From the human T2T-CHM13v2.0 reference genome, Homo sapiens: a stretch of 64,000 nt of DNA. Position numbers and translations under genes: made by a program. Under the pieces are notes generated by a model that saw only the letters and a program-made list of their open reading frames with translations, was not told where the DNA came from and did not search any database. Numbering within the stretch: the first letter of the stretch is position 1; each line of letters starts with the position of its first letter. Below are positions 42,875 to 56,586 of the stretch, one piece after another. Location of the stretch: assembly GCF_009914755.1 (NCBI RefSeq), contig NC_060934.1. One strand, given 5' to 3'.

Positions 42875-45800
42875 AATAGTACACATCCTAGTTGGCATGA
42901 AGTATCACATTGTGGTTTCGATGCATTTTCCTAATAATTAGTGATGTTGAGTATCTTTTCATGTGCTTACTGAGAAATCATATCTTTGGAGAAATGACTA
43001 TTCAAGTTATTTGTCTATTATTGAATCAATGGTTTTTTTATTGTTGCAATTTTTGAGTATCTCTATTCTGCACATTAATCTCTTTTCTGATATGTGACTT
43101 GCAAAATTTTTCCCGATTTTGTGGGTTGCCTTTTTACTTTTTTGAGTGTCCTTTGATGTACAAAATAGTTGATTTTTTAAAAGTCCACTTTATTTTTTGT
43201 TTTGTTGCCTATGCCTTTGAATCATTGCTAAATTCAATGTTGTGAAGCTTTCCCCCATGTTTTCTTCTAAGAGTATTATAGTTTTAGCTCTTATGTTTAA
43301 GTATTTGATCAATTTGAGTTAATTTTTGCATATAGTGTTAGGTAAAGGTGCAATTTTATTTTTTGAGTGTGGCTATACACTTTTGCCATCAACATTTATT
43401 GAAGACTGTCTTTTCCCTATTGAATAATCTTGGAATCCTTGCGAAAATCATTTTACCATCTATGCAAGGGTTTATGTGTGGGCTGTCTATTTGATTCCAT
43501 CGATCTATTTGTTTGTATTTATGCTGCCTTTCCCATATTGTTGTGAATATTGTAGCTTTCTAATAAGTTTTGAAATAAGGAAGTGTAAGTTCTTACTTTA
43601 TTCTTCCTTTTCAAGATTGTATTGGCTATTCAACACCTTTTGGGAGTCCATATGAATTTAAGAATGTAGTTTTCTATTTCTGTAAAAACTTAGTTGATAT
43701 TTTGATAGGGATTGCTTTGCATTGGAGGTCATTTTGGGTAGTATTGACGTGGTAGCAATATTAAGTCTTCTAATCCATGAACATAGAAAACAATTTCATT
43801 TATTTGTATCTCTGCCACTTTCAGCAGTTTTGTATTTTTCATTTTACAAGTCTTTCATCGCCCTGGTTAAGTTAATTACTAAGTTTTATGTTGTTTTTGA
43901 TGCTATTGTAAATGGAATTGTTTCCTTAATTTTCTTTTAGGATTGTTTATTGTAGGTGTATAGAAATGCAATTGATTTTTATGTTCATTTTATATCCTAC
44001 TACCTTCCTGAATTTGGTTACTAATTCTAACAGTTTTCTCTTGTGGAATCTTTAGTGTTTTCTACATATAAGATTACATATCTGCAAACAGAGATAATTA
44101 CACTTCTTCCTTTCAAATTTAAATGCCTTTTATTTCCCTTTTTAGCCTGTTTTTTCCGACTAGTACTTCCAATGCTCTGTTGACTAGAAGTGGAAAAAGT
44201 GTACATTGTTGTCTTCTTGACCTTGGAGGAAAAGCTTTCAGTCTTTCATAGTTGAATGTGATAATAGATGTGAATTTTTCCATTATGGTTTTTATTATGC
44301 GAAGGTAGTTTCCTTCTATTTCTACTTTGTTGAGTGTTTTATTTAATCATAAAGTGTTTAATTTTGTCAAATCCTTTTTCTGCATCAATTGAGATGATCT
44401 TTTTTTTTCCATTCATTTTGTTAATGCAGTATATTACATCGATATATTTTTGTATGTTGAGCCATGCTTGCATTGCCATAATAAAAATCCCACTTGGTAT
44501 GGTGTACAATAATTTTAATATGTTACTGAAGTTGGTGTACTGATATTTGAGGATTTTTGAATCCATGCTTAAAAAATATATTGGTCTGTACTTTTCTTAC
44601 AGCGTCTTTTCCTGGCTTGGCTATCAGGGGATTACTGACCTTACAGAATGAGTTAGAAATTGTTCCCTCCTCTTCAACTTTTTTTTGGTAAGAGTTTCAA
44701 AAGGATTAGTGTTAGTTCTTTTAAAAATATTTGGTAGAATTTACAAGTAAAGCCATCAGGTCCAGGGCTTTTCTTTGCTGGGTTGATTCAATTTCCTTAC
44801 TACATACAGTTCTATTCAGACGATCTATGTCTTTGTTATTTAGTCTTGGTAGGCTTTGTATTTCCAGGAATTGGGCCATGTCAACTAGGATATACAGTTT
44901 GTTGCTGTAATATTATTCATATTACTTTCTTATAATCCTTTTTAACTCTATAGAATCAGAAGAAATGACTTTGCTTTCATTTCTCATTCTATTGAGTCTT
45001 ATATATCTTTGTCATAGTCAACCTAGCTAAAGTTTTTCAAAGAACCAATGTTTGTTTTGTTTATCCTTGTATTGTTTTTCTACTCTCTTTAATTTATCTC
45101 CACTCTAACCTTTACTTATTTCCTTCCTTCTGCTAGCTTCAGAATTTGTTTGATTAACTTACTCTTGTTCCATAAGTTTTAAAGTTTGGTAGTTGATTTG
45201 AGGTCTTTTTTTTTTTTAAATTCAAGTATTTTTAGGTATAAGTTCTTCCATTAGCACTTATTTTGCTGTGTCCCCAAAGTTTTGGTATGCTGTTTTCATT
45301 TTCATTCATCTCTTAAAACTTTCTAATTTCTTTTGTCGTTTCTTCTTTGACCTTTTGGTTGTGTAAGAGTGTGTTAATTTCCACAAATTTGTGAATGTTT
45401 CAGTCTTCTTTCTGTTACTGATTTCTAACTTCATCCTATTGTGGATGGAGAAGATACTTTGTATGATGTCTGTCTTTTAAAATCTATCCAGTTTTGTTTG
45501 TGATCTAATATATGGTCTATCCTCAAGAATGTCCCATGCACAGTTGACAAGAATATGTATTCTCTGGTCTTTGGGAAGAGTGTTCTATGTATGTCTGTTA
45601 GATCTAGTTAGTTTATTGTGCTGTTCAGATTGCCTATCTCCTTGCTTATTTTTTTTTGTCTGGTTATTCTATCCATTATTGAGAGTGGAGTATTTAAGTC
45701 CCCAGCCGTTATTGTAAAGAATCTATGTTTCCATTCAATTATGTGAATTTTTACTTCATACAAGATGGTCTATTATTATGTGTGTACAAGTTCACAATTG

Positions 45801-48236
45801 TTATATCTTCTTGCTGTATTGAATATTTTATTAATATATAATGTATTTATCTCTTATAACAATTTTTTGATTTATGTATTTCCAACTTTTATTTTAGGTT
45901 GAAGGGGTGCATATGCAGGTTTCTTACATGGGTAAATTGTGGTCGCGGGGGTTTGGTGTACAGATAATTTTGTCACCAGGTAATTGGCATAGTACCTAAC
46001 TGGTATTTTTTTTTAATATTACCCCTCTCCCACCCTCCACCCTCAGGTAGCGCCTAGTGTCTATTATCCCCTTCCTTCTGTTCATGTATGCTCAATGTTT
46101 AGCTTCCACTTGTAAATGAAAACATGTGGTATTTGGTTTTCTGTTTTTTCATTAATTTGCTTAGAATAATGACCTCCAGCTCCACCTATGTGGCTGCAAA
46201 AGACACAGTTTCATTCTTTTCTATGACTGCATAGTATTCCGTGGTGTATATGTACATTTCCTTTATCCAATCCATCATTGATGGACATCTAGGTTGAGTC
46301 CATGTCTTTGCTATTGTGAATAGTGCTGTGATAAACTTACATGTGCATGTGTCTTTATGGTAGAAAAATTTATACTTCTTTGGATACATACCCAACAATG
46401 GGATTGCTGTCTCAAATGGCAATTCTGTTTTTCGCTCTTTGAATAATTTCCTAACCGATTTCCCCAGTGGCTGAACTAATGTGCATTTGCACCAACAGAG
46501 TGTAAGTGTTACCTTTTGTCTGAAACCTAGCCAGCATTTGTTACTTTTTGACTTTTTAACAGTAGCCTTCTGACTGATGTGAGATGGTATTTCATTATGG
46601 TTTTGATTTGCATTTCCCTAATGATTAGTGATAATGAGCATTTTTATATGCTTATTAGCTGCATGTATGTCTTTTTTTGAGAAGTGTCTGTTGAAATCCT
46701 TTGCCCATTTTTTGATGTGGTTGTTTGTTGATTTAAGTTCCTTATAGATTCTGGATATTATACATTTGTCAGATGCATAGTTTGCAAATATTTTCTTCCA
46801 TACTGTAGGCTCTGTTTACTCAATTGATAGTTTCTTTTGCTGTGCAGAAGCTCCCTAGTTTAACTAGGTCCCATTTGTCAATTTTTCTTTTTGTTGCAAT
46901 TGCTTCTGGAATCTTTGTCACAATGTCTTTGCCAGGGCTATGTCCAGAATGGTATTTCCTAGGTTTTCTTCTAAGGTTTTATAGTTTTAGGGTTTACATT
47001 TAAATATTTAATTTATCTTGAGTTGATTTATGTATATGGTGTAAGGAAGGCATCCAGGTTCAATCTTCTGCATATGGCTAGCCAGTTAACCCATTTATTA
47101 AATAGGAAGTCCTTTCCCCATTGCTTGTTATTTTTGGGTTTGGTGAAGATCAGATAGTTGTAGGCGTGTGGCTTTATTTCTGGGCTCTCTATTCTGCTCC
47201 ATAAGTCTATGTGTCTGCTTTTGTACCAGTACCATGCTGCTTTAGTTACTGTAGCCTTGTAGCAAAATTAGATAGTGTGATGCCTCTAGCTGTGTTCTTT
47301 TGTCTTGGAATTGCCTTGGCTATTCCAGTTCTTTTTGATTCCACATAAACTATAAAATGATTTTTTCTAATTATGTGTAAAATGTCACATAATTAGATTG
47401 ACAGGAATAGCGTTGAATCTATAAATCGCTTTAGGTAGTAGGGCCATTTTAATAACATTGATTCTTCCTATCCATGAGCATGGAATGCCTTTTCCATTTG
47501 TTTGTGTCATTTCTGATTTCTTTGAGCAGTGTTTGAATTTATTATTGTAGAGATCTTTCACCTCTCTGGTTAGCTGTATTCCTAGGAATTTTATTATTTT
47601 TGTGGCTATCGTGAATGGGATTGCATTCCTGATTTGACTCTCAGCTTGAATGTTACTGATGGATAGTAATCACAGTGATCGTTGTACATTGATTTTGTAT
47701 CCTGAAACTCTGCTGAAGTTGTTTAACAGATCTAGGAGCATTTGGGCAGATACTAAGGGGTTTTCTAAGTGTAGAATCACGTCATCTGTGAAGAAGGAGA
47801 TAGTTTGACTTCCTATTTGATACCTTTAATTTACTTTTCTTGCCTGATTCCTCTGGCTAGGACTTCCAGTGCTATGTTGTATAAGAGTGGTGAAAGAAAG
47901 CATCTTTTTTTGTACCTGTCTTTAAGGGGAATGATTCCAGCTTTTGCCCATCAGTATGATGCCGGCTGTCAGTTTGTCACAGATGGCTCTTATTATTTTG
48001 AGATATGTACATTCGATGACTAGTTTGTTGAGGGTTTTTTACATAAAGTGATGTTGAATTTTATTGAAATACTTTTCTGTGTCTATTGAGATGATCATGT
48101 GGTTTTTGCTTTCAGTTCTATTTACATGATGAATCATATTTATTGATTTGCCTATGTTGAATCAACCTTGCACCCCAGAAATAAAGCCTATTTGATCACG
48201 GTGGATTAGCTATTTAATGTGTTGCTGAATTTGATT

Positions 48237-48444
48237 TGCTAGTATTGTGTTGAGGATTTTTGCATCTATGTTCATCAAAGGTATTGGTCTGAGGTTTTCT
48301 TTTTTCATTGTGTCTCTGCCAGGTTTTGATACTAGAATGATGCTAGCATTGTGTTGAGGATTTTTGCATCTATTTTCATCAAAGGTATTGGCCTGAGGTT
48401 TTCTTTTTTCATTGTGTCTCTGCCAGGTTTTGATATTAGAATGA
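48237..48444. repeat. 104-bp tandem duplication in L1 ORF2
   Basis: Copies at 48237-48340 and 48341-48444; 4 mismatches by eye. Confidence 0.93.
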
Positions 48445-50971
48445 GTTAGGGAAGAGTCCCTCTTTCTTATTTTTTTGAAATAATTTCAGTAGGATTGGTA
48501 CCAGCTCTTCTTTATATGACTGGTAGAATTTGGATGTAAATCCTTCTGGACGAGGGCTTTTTCTGGTTGGTAGATTTTTTTATCACTGATTCAATCTTGG
48601 AACTTGTTATTGGTCTGTTCAGGGTGCCAATTTCTTCCTGATTCAATTTTGGGAGGTTGTATGTTTCCAGGAATTTATCAACTTTTTTTCTAGGTTTTTT
48701 AGTTTGTGTGCGTAGAGGTGTTCATAATAGTCTCTGAGGGATTTTTGCATTTCTGTGGGGTTGTTGGTAATTTCCCCTTTGTCATTTCTGATTGTGTTTA
48801 TTTAGAACTTCTCTTTTTTTCTTTATTAAACTAGCTAGGGGTCTATCAATCTTATTTCTTCTTTCAAAGAATCAACTTTTGGTTTTGTTCATCTTTTGTA
48901 TGGTTTTCCTCATCTCCATTTCATTCAGTTCAGCTCTGATTTTAGTTATTTGTTTTCTTTTGCTAGCTTTAGGCTTGGTTTGCTCTTGTTTTTCTAGTTC
49001 CTCTAGTTGTAATATTAGGTTATTAATTTGAGATCTTTCCAACTTTTTGATGTGGCTGTTGAGTGCAATAAACTTTCTTCTTAACACTGCTTTGGATGTG
49101 TCCAAGAGATTCTGGTATGTTATATCTTTGTTTTCATTTGTTTCAAAAAATTTCTTGATTTCTGCCTTAATTTCATTATTTACCTGAAAGTCATTCAGGA
49201 TCAGATTATTTGATGCCCATTTAATTGTATGGTTTAGAGAGATATTCTCTGTATTGATTTCTATTTTTATTGTACTCTGGTCTGAGAGTGTTGTTCATTT
49301 GATTTTGTTTATTTTTTTTTAGTATGTTGAGAATTGTTTTGTGGCTGAATGTCTGGTCAATTTTAGAGTATGTGCAATGGATAGATGAGAAGAATGAATG
49401 TCCTATTTTTTGTTGGGTGGAGTGTTCTGTCCATTTGGTCAAGTGTCAAGTTTAAGTCCTGAATATCTTTGTTAGTATTTTCCCTTGATCTGTCCAATAT
49501 TGTCAGTGGTGTGTTAAACTCATATATAACCATTATGTGGTTATATGTCTCTTCATTTGTTTTTAAGAACTTGTTTTATGAGTCTGAATACTCCAGCACT
49601 GGGTGCATATATATTTAAGATAGATAAGTCTTCCTGTTGAATTGAACCATTTATCATTATGCGATACCCTTCTTTTTCCTTTTTGATCATTGTTGGTTTA
49701 AAGTCTGTTTTGTCTGAAATAAGATTAGCAACCCCTGCTCTTTTTTTGTTTTCCATTTTCTTGACAGATCTTTCTCCATCCCTTTACTTTGAGCCTGTGG
49801 GTGTCCTTGTATGTTAGATGGGTCTCTTGAATACAACACAGAGTTGGGTCTTGCTTCTTTATCCAACTTGCCACTCTGTGCCTTTTAAGTGAGATGTTTA
49901 GCCAGTTTATGTTCAAGGTTAATATTGATATGTGCAGAGTTGATCTTGTCATCATTGTATTGATAACTGGTTGTTATGTAGACTTGATTGTGGGTTTGCT
50001 TTATAGTGTCAATGGTCCTATGTACTTAAGTGTGTTTTTGTGATGGCCAATAATGGTCTTTTGTTTTCATGTTTGGCACTCCCTTAAGGACCTCTTGTAA
50101 GGAAGATCTGTTGGTAATAAATTCCCTTAGCATTTGCCTTTCTGAAAAGTATTTTATTTTTCCTTCTCTGATGAAACTTAAGATTAGTTTGGCTAAATAT
50201 GAAATTCTTGGTTAGAATTTTTCTTCAAGAATGCTAAATATAGGCCCACAATATTTCTGGCTTTTAGGGTTTCTACTTAATTGCCTGCTGTTAGCCTGAT
50301 GAGATCCCTATGTAGGTGACCTGCCCCTTTTCTTTAGCTGCCTTTAATCTTTTTTATTTCATGTTGATCTTGGAGAATCTGATAATCACATGTCTTGGGG
50401 ATAGTCATCTTGTACAGTATCTTGCAGGGGTTCTCTGCATTTCCTGAATTTAAATGTTGTCATCTCTAGTGAGGCTGGGGAAATTTTCATGGATAGTATC
50501 CTCAAATATGCTTTCCAAATTGCTTGCTCTCTCTCCCTGTCTTTCAGGGACACCAATGAGTTGTTGATTTGGCCTCTTTACATAATCTCATTTCTCAGAG
50601 CTTTTGTTCAGTTTTTAAAATTCTTGTAAATTTTTGTCTGAGTTAATTTGAAGGACCTTTCTAAAAGCTCTGAGATTCTTTCCTCAGCTTGGTCTATTCC
50701 GCTGTTAATACTTCCAATCGAGCTATGAAATTCTTACAGTGAGTTTTTCAGCTCTATCTCTTGGTTTGGTTCTTTCTTAAAATGGCTCTTTTATCTTTCA
50801 TTTCTTGAATTGTTGAATCTGGATTTTTTAGATCCCTTGGAATGGGTTTCAACTTTCTCCTGAATCTCTATGATCTTTGTTGCCATCCAGATTCTGAATT
50901 CTATTTCTGTCATTTCAGCCATTTCATTCTGGTTAAGAACCATTGCTGGGGAGCCAGTTGTTTGGAAGTAA

Positions 50972-51338
<367 letters not shown>

Positions 51339-51649
51339 GGGCTGATGGTTTTTTAACTGTTAATGTAATTTGAGTACAGTCAGTTAGCTTCATTTCTGGA
51401 TGTTTTCAGAGGGCTGAGGTGTTGTGAAGGGACATTATTTGTGGCTGAATTGTTGTCCTTGGTTTCATAGGAGCATATATTAGCGAAGTATTTTTGGTGT
51501 TGATGTTTGGGCTGCAATCCAGTAGATGGAGCTGAAGTGTAATGGCTGGTAGACAGGCTCCTCTGTATTTCCTTGCAATTGCAGCTGTGCTCCCTCTCAA
51601 TGCTCTGAGAGTGTATGTTCCTCTCCCAGATTTAGGCTTGGCACTCGTG

Positions 51650-53300
51650 GGCTGTGCACTGCAGCCTTGGGGTGAGCTCAGGCTTTCTGCTTTTTTCCTC
51701 AGCTTGGCAGAAGCAGGTGTGGGGACTTTAGCAGTGGCAATGGCAGAGGGTCTTTCCCTTTCTCTTGGGGCTCCATCCCAGAGAAACACAGAGCAACTAC
51801 CAATCGGAAGGATCACCAAGAGTGGGGCAGCTGCACTGTGGGCCCAAGCCAGGGAGTCTTGCCTCTTAAAGAGCAGGTGAGGTGGAGGGACTCATGGGGA
51901 AGCCAGTCTGGCCTCTTCTCCAAAAGTGCCTGCAGCATGCTGGAGTGTGAGCAAAGCACCCAGGCTCTTTGTTCCTTCCCCAGCCTGGTGGCAGCAAAGG
52001 CAGGTACTACTGCAGTGGCAGAGGTGAGGCAGAGGGGATTTCAGATGCCTCTTTGAACTTCACCCCAGAGAAACATAAAGCCACTGCCAATGGGAATGTT
52101 CAGCTGGGGAAGTGGGGGTGGCTGTACTGTGAGCCTGAGCTGGAGGCCCTGCCTGGTGAACAGCAGGGGGTCAAGGGCTCATAGAGAAGAGAGACTGATT
52201 TCCTCTCTGTATGGTGGCTGTGTCATGCTGGAGGTGCCAGCAAAGCAACCAGGGTCTTTATTCATTCCCCAGCCCAAGGGCAGCAAGGGCGATACCACTG
52301 CAGTGGCAGTGGCAGAGGGGCTGTCTGTCGCTTCTGGGAGCTCCACTCAGAGAAACAGAGCCACTGCCAATGGGAATGTTCAAGCAGGGGCAAGGCAGCT
52401 GCACTTTGGACCCATGCTAGAGGCCCTTGCCTGGTGAAGAGCAGGGGGCCAGGGGCTCACAGGAGAGACTGGGCTCCTCTCCTATGGCGCCTGTTGTGTG
52501 CTGGAGGTGCCAGCAAAGTGATTGGGCTCTTTGTTTTTCCCCCAGCCCCAGGGCAGCAAGGGCAGAAGTGCTGCCATGGCAATGGCAGAGGGGCTGTCAG
52601 TTACCTCTGGGAACTCCACCAGAGAGACACAAAACCACTGCCGATTGAAACCTTTAGAGGTGGAGTGACTGCACTGTGGGCCCAAGCTGGGGATCCTGCC
52701 TGTCAAGTGCAGGCAGCCAGGGGCTCACAGGGAAGTGAGATCAGGCTCCTCTCCATATGGCAATTGTGGCTTGCTGGAGGTGCCAACAAAGTCATCTGGG
52801 TCTTTATTCTTTACCCGGCCCAAGGACAGGAAGGGCCGGACCACAGCAGTGGAATTACAGAGAGCCTGTGGGTTGTCTCTAGGATGTCCTCCCCAGAGAA
52901 ATGCAGAGCCACCACCAAATGAAGTGATCAGGCAGGGGCAGAACGGTTGTGCTGGAGGCCCCATGTGGGGAGGCCCTGCCCAGTGAGGAGTGGCAGGCAA
53001 AGGGATCCATGTGGAAAACAGTCTGGCTGCTTTTCCATAAAGCAGCTGTAGTGTGCTGGAGGCCTGCAATAGTTCTTGTGCTCTTTGCTCCCTCCCTAGC
53101 CTGAGGACAGTAGGGGCAGGGGCTCTGGCAGCAGAAAAGTGGTGGGCCTGTCGATTACCTCTGGGAACTCTGTCCCAAAGAAATGCAGAGCTGCTACTAG
53201 CCCAAATGCTCAGACAGGGGTGAGGTGGCTACACTGGGGTCCCAGGGAAGTAGGCTTTGCCTGTCCATGTGTAGCGGAGGTGAGGTCTACAGTTCGTCTG
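51650..53300 (-). repeat. About six diverged ~280-bp tandem units in the L1 5' UTR
   Basis: Anchor cagagaaa or variant at 51779, 52066, 52348, 52620, 52894 and 53176. Confidence 0.85.
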
Positions 53301-54195
53301 CTCCTCAGCATCGTGGACATGGCTCCTATCCTAGGGCCACATGAGAGATCCTCACCTCCTTTGTTGGTGGAGCTGTGGCAGCTGGCACCAGGGCCCTCAG
53401 GAGTCCAAGGCCCTTGTGGCTCCCCATGGGCCTGAGTAGTGACTCTGCCCAGACTGCATGCAGAGTGTCAGTCTGGAGGTCCCAGGGAGAAGAGGTCAGG
53501 GGAGATCTCCTGTGCCCAGAATTGCAACAGTCCATGGTAGAAGTGTAGGTCCCCGGGGACTCTCACTTACCAAAGGAGGTGGGAAGACACCGTTGACTCC
53601 ATGCCAATCCCAGGTGGGTGGGTGTCCTGTCTTGCTCCTCTCCACTCTCTGTGAGTCATGTTGCTTCTTTAATGAATCTCAATGGGTCCTCCAGAACTAT
53701 CCAGTTGAAGAGCTGGTGTTTACTGGTCACTCTGTCTCCTTTCTGTAAGAGTGACGCACAGTAGCTGCTTCTAGTCAGCCGTCTTGCCATTGGTTCCCCA
53801 AGTTTTTGATTTAAAGTCTGTTTTGTCTGATATTAGTATAGCTACCCTGCTATCTTTTGGTTACTATTTGAATGGAATATATTTTTCCATTCCTTCCTTT
53901 TCAACCTATTTGTGTCTTTGGATCTACAATGAGTCTCTTGTAGACAGCATATAGAGAAATTTTTAAAATCTATTCTTCCAGTTTCTGTCTATTGATTGGT
54001 AAATTTAATTCATTGACATTTAAATAAATTATTGGTAGGGAGGAATATAATTGTTATTTTACTGGTGTTTCCATATACCTTATAGCATTTTGTCCTTTAT
54101 TTTCTGAATTACTGTCTTCTTGTGTGTTTAGTTGGTCTTTTGTAGTAAAATGTTTTAATTTCCTTCTTCTTTCCTTTTGTGTATAATCTATAGCT

Positions 54196-54875
54196 ATTTT
54201 TAATTGCATATATTTAAGGTGTACAACAAGATGCTTTAACATAGTTAATTGATTACCACAGTCTAGAAAATTAACACAGTTAATTGATTACTACAGTCTG
54301 GAAAATTAACACAGCCACCATCTCACACAGTTATCTTTCTTTTTTTGTGTGTGGTAAGATTAGCTAAAATTTACTCCTTTAGTAAATTTCCAGCATACAG
54401 AGCAATATTATTAATGATAGGTCTCATGTTATACATTAGATACCTAGACTTATTCTATATAACTACATACAACCTCGTACACTTTAAACTACATCTTCCT
54501 ATTTTCTGCACCCCGGTAGCCACCATTCTACACTCTGTTCTATGTATTCAATTTTTAAAAATATGCCACATATAAATGAGATCATGCAGTATTTGCCTTT
54601 CTGTGGCTGGCTTACTTCACTTAGCATAATGTCCTCTAGGTTCTTCCAATGAACTAAATGTCCCAAATGTCAAGATCTCCTTTTTCAAGGCTGAATAATA
54701 TTCCGTTATATGTGTATACATTTGTGTGTGTCTGTATGTGTATAAAACAATTTTTTAATTCATATATTCATTGATAGACAAATTTGGTTATTTCCATATC
54801 TTGGCTATTGTGAATAATGCTGCAGTGAATATGGGAGTACAGACATCTTTACAAGGGGGTGATTTGCTTTCCTTA
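54196..54875 (-). mobile_element. L1MA9/10-like 3' end inserted in the L1MB
   Basis: atatttaaggtgtacaac...tgtggtaaga...aaaatttactcctttagtaaatttcca 3' UTR pattern. Confidence 0.75.
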
Positions 54876-55344
54876 GGGTATCACTGTTTTCTTTTCAGTT
54901 GCCATGAAGATTACATTGAACATCCTAAAAGTGTAACATTCCAGTTTGAGTTTGTACCAACTTAACTTTAATAACATACACAAATTCTGCCACTTTATAG
55001 GTAGGTCCATCTTCACCCTTTTTCAGTTATTAGTGTCAGAAATTATATCTTTATGCATTTTATGTCCAAAACCATAAACAACTGTTTTTATGCATTAGTC
55101 TCTAATTCATGTAGAAAACAAACAAAAGAGTAACAAACCAAAGTTACAATACTACTAGCTTTGTAATTATTTATGTATTTACCTTTACCATAGATTTTTA
55201 TTTCTTTACATGACTTCACATTTGTGTCTAATATTCTTTCATTTCTCCATAAAGAACTCCCTTTAGCATTTTGTGAATGGCTGGTCCACTGGTAATAAAT
55301 TCTCTCAGCATTTTTGCAATTAAAAATGTTTTTAGTTCTTACCA

Positions 55345-56578
<1,234 letters not shown>

Positions 56579-56586
56579 TATTCTTT

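Noticed and set aside
51406-53748. Dense cluster of overlapping ORFs and regularly spaced repeats
   Set aside because: GC-rich L1 5' UTR has few stop codons. The units are contiguous diverged monomers, not repeat-spacer (CRISPR-like) units.
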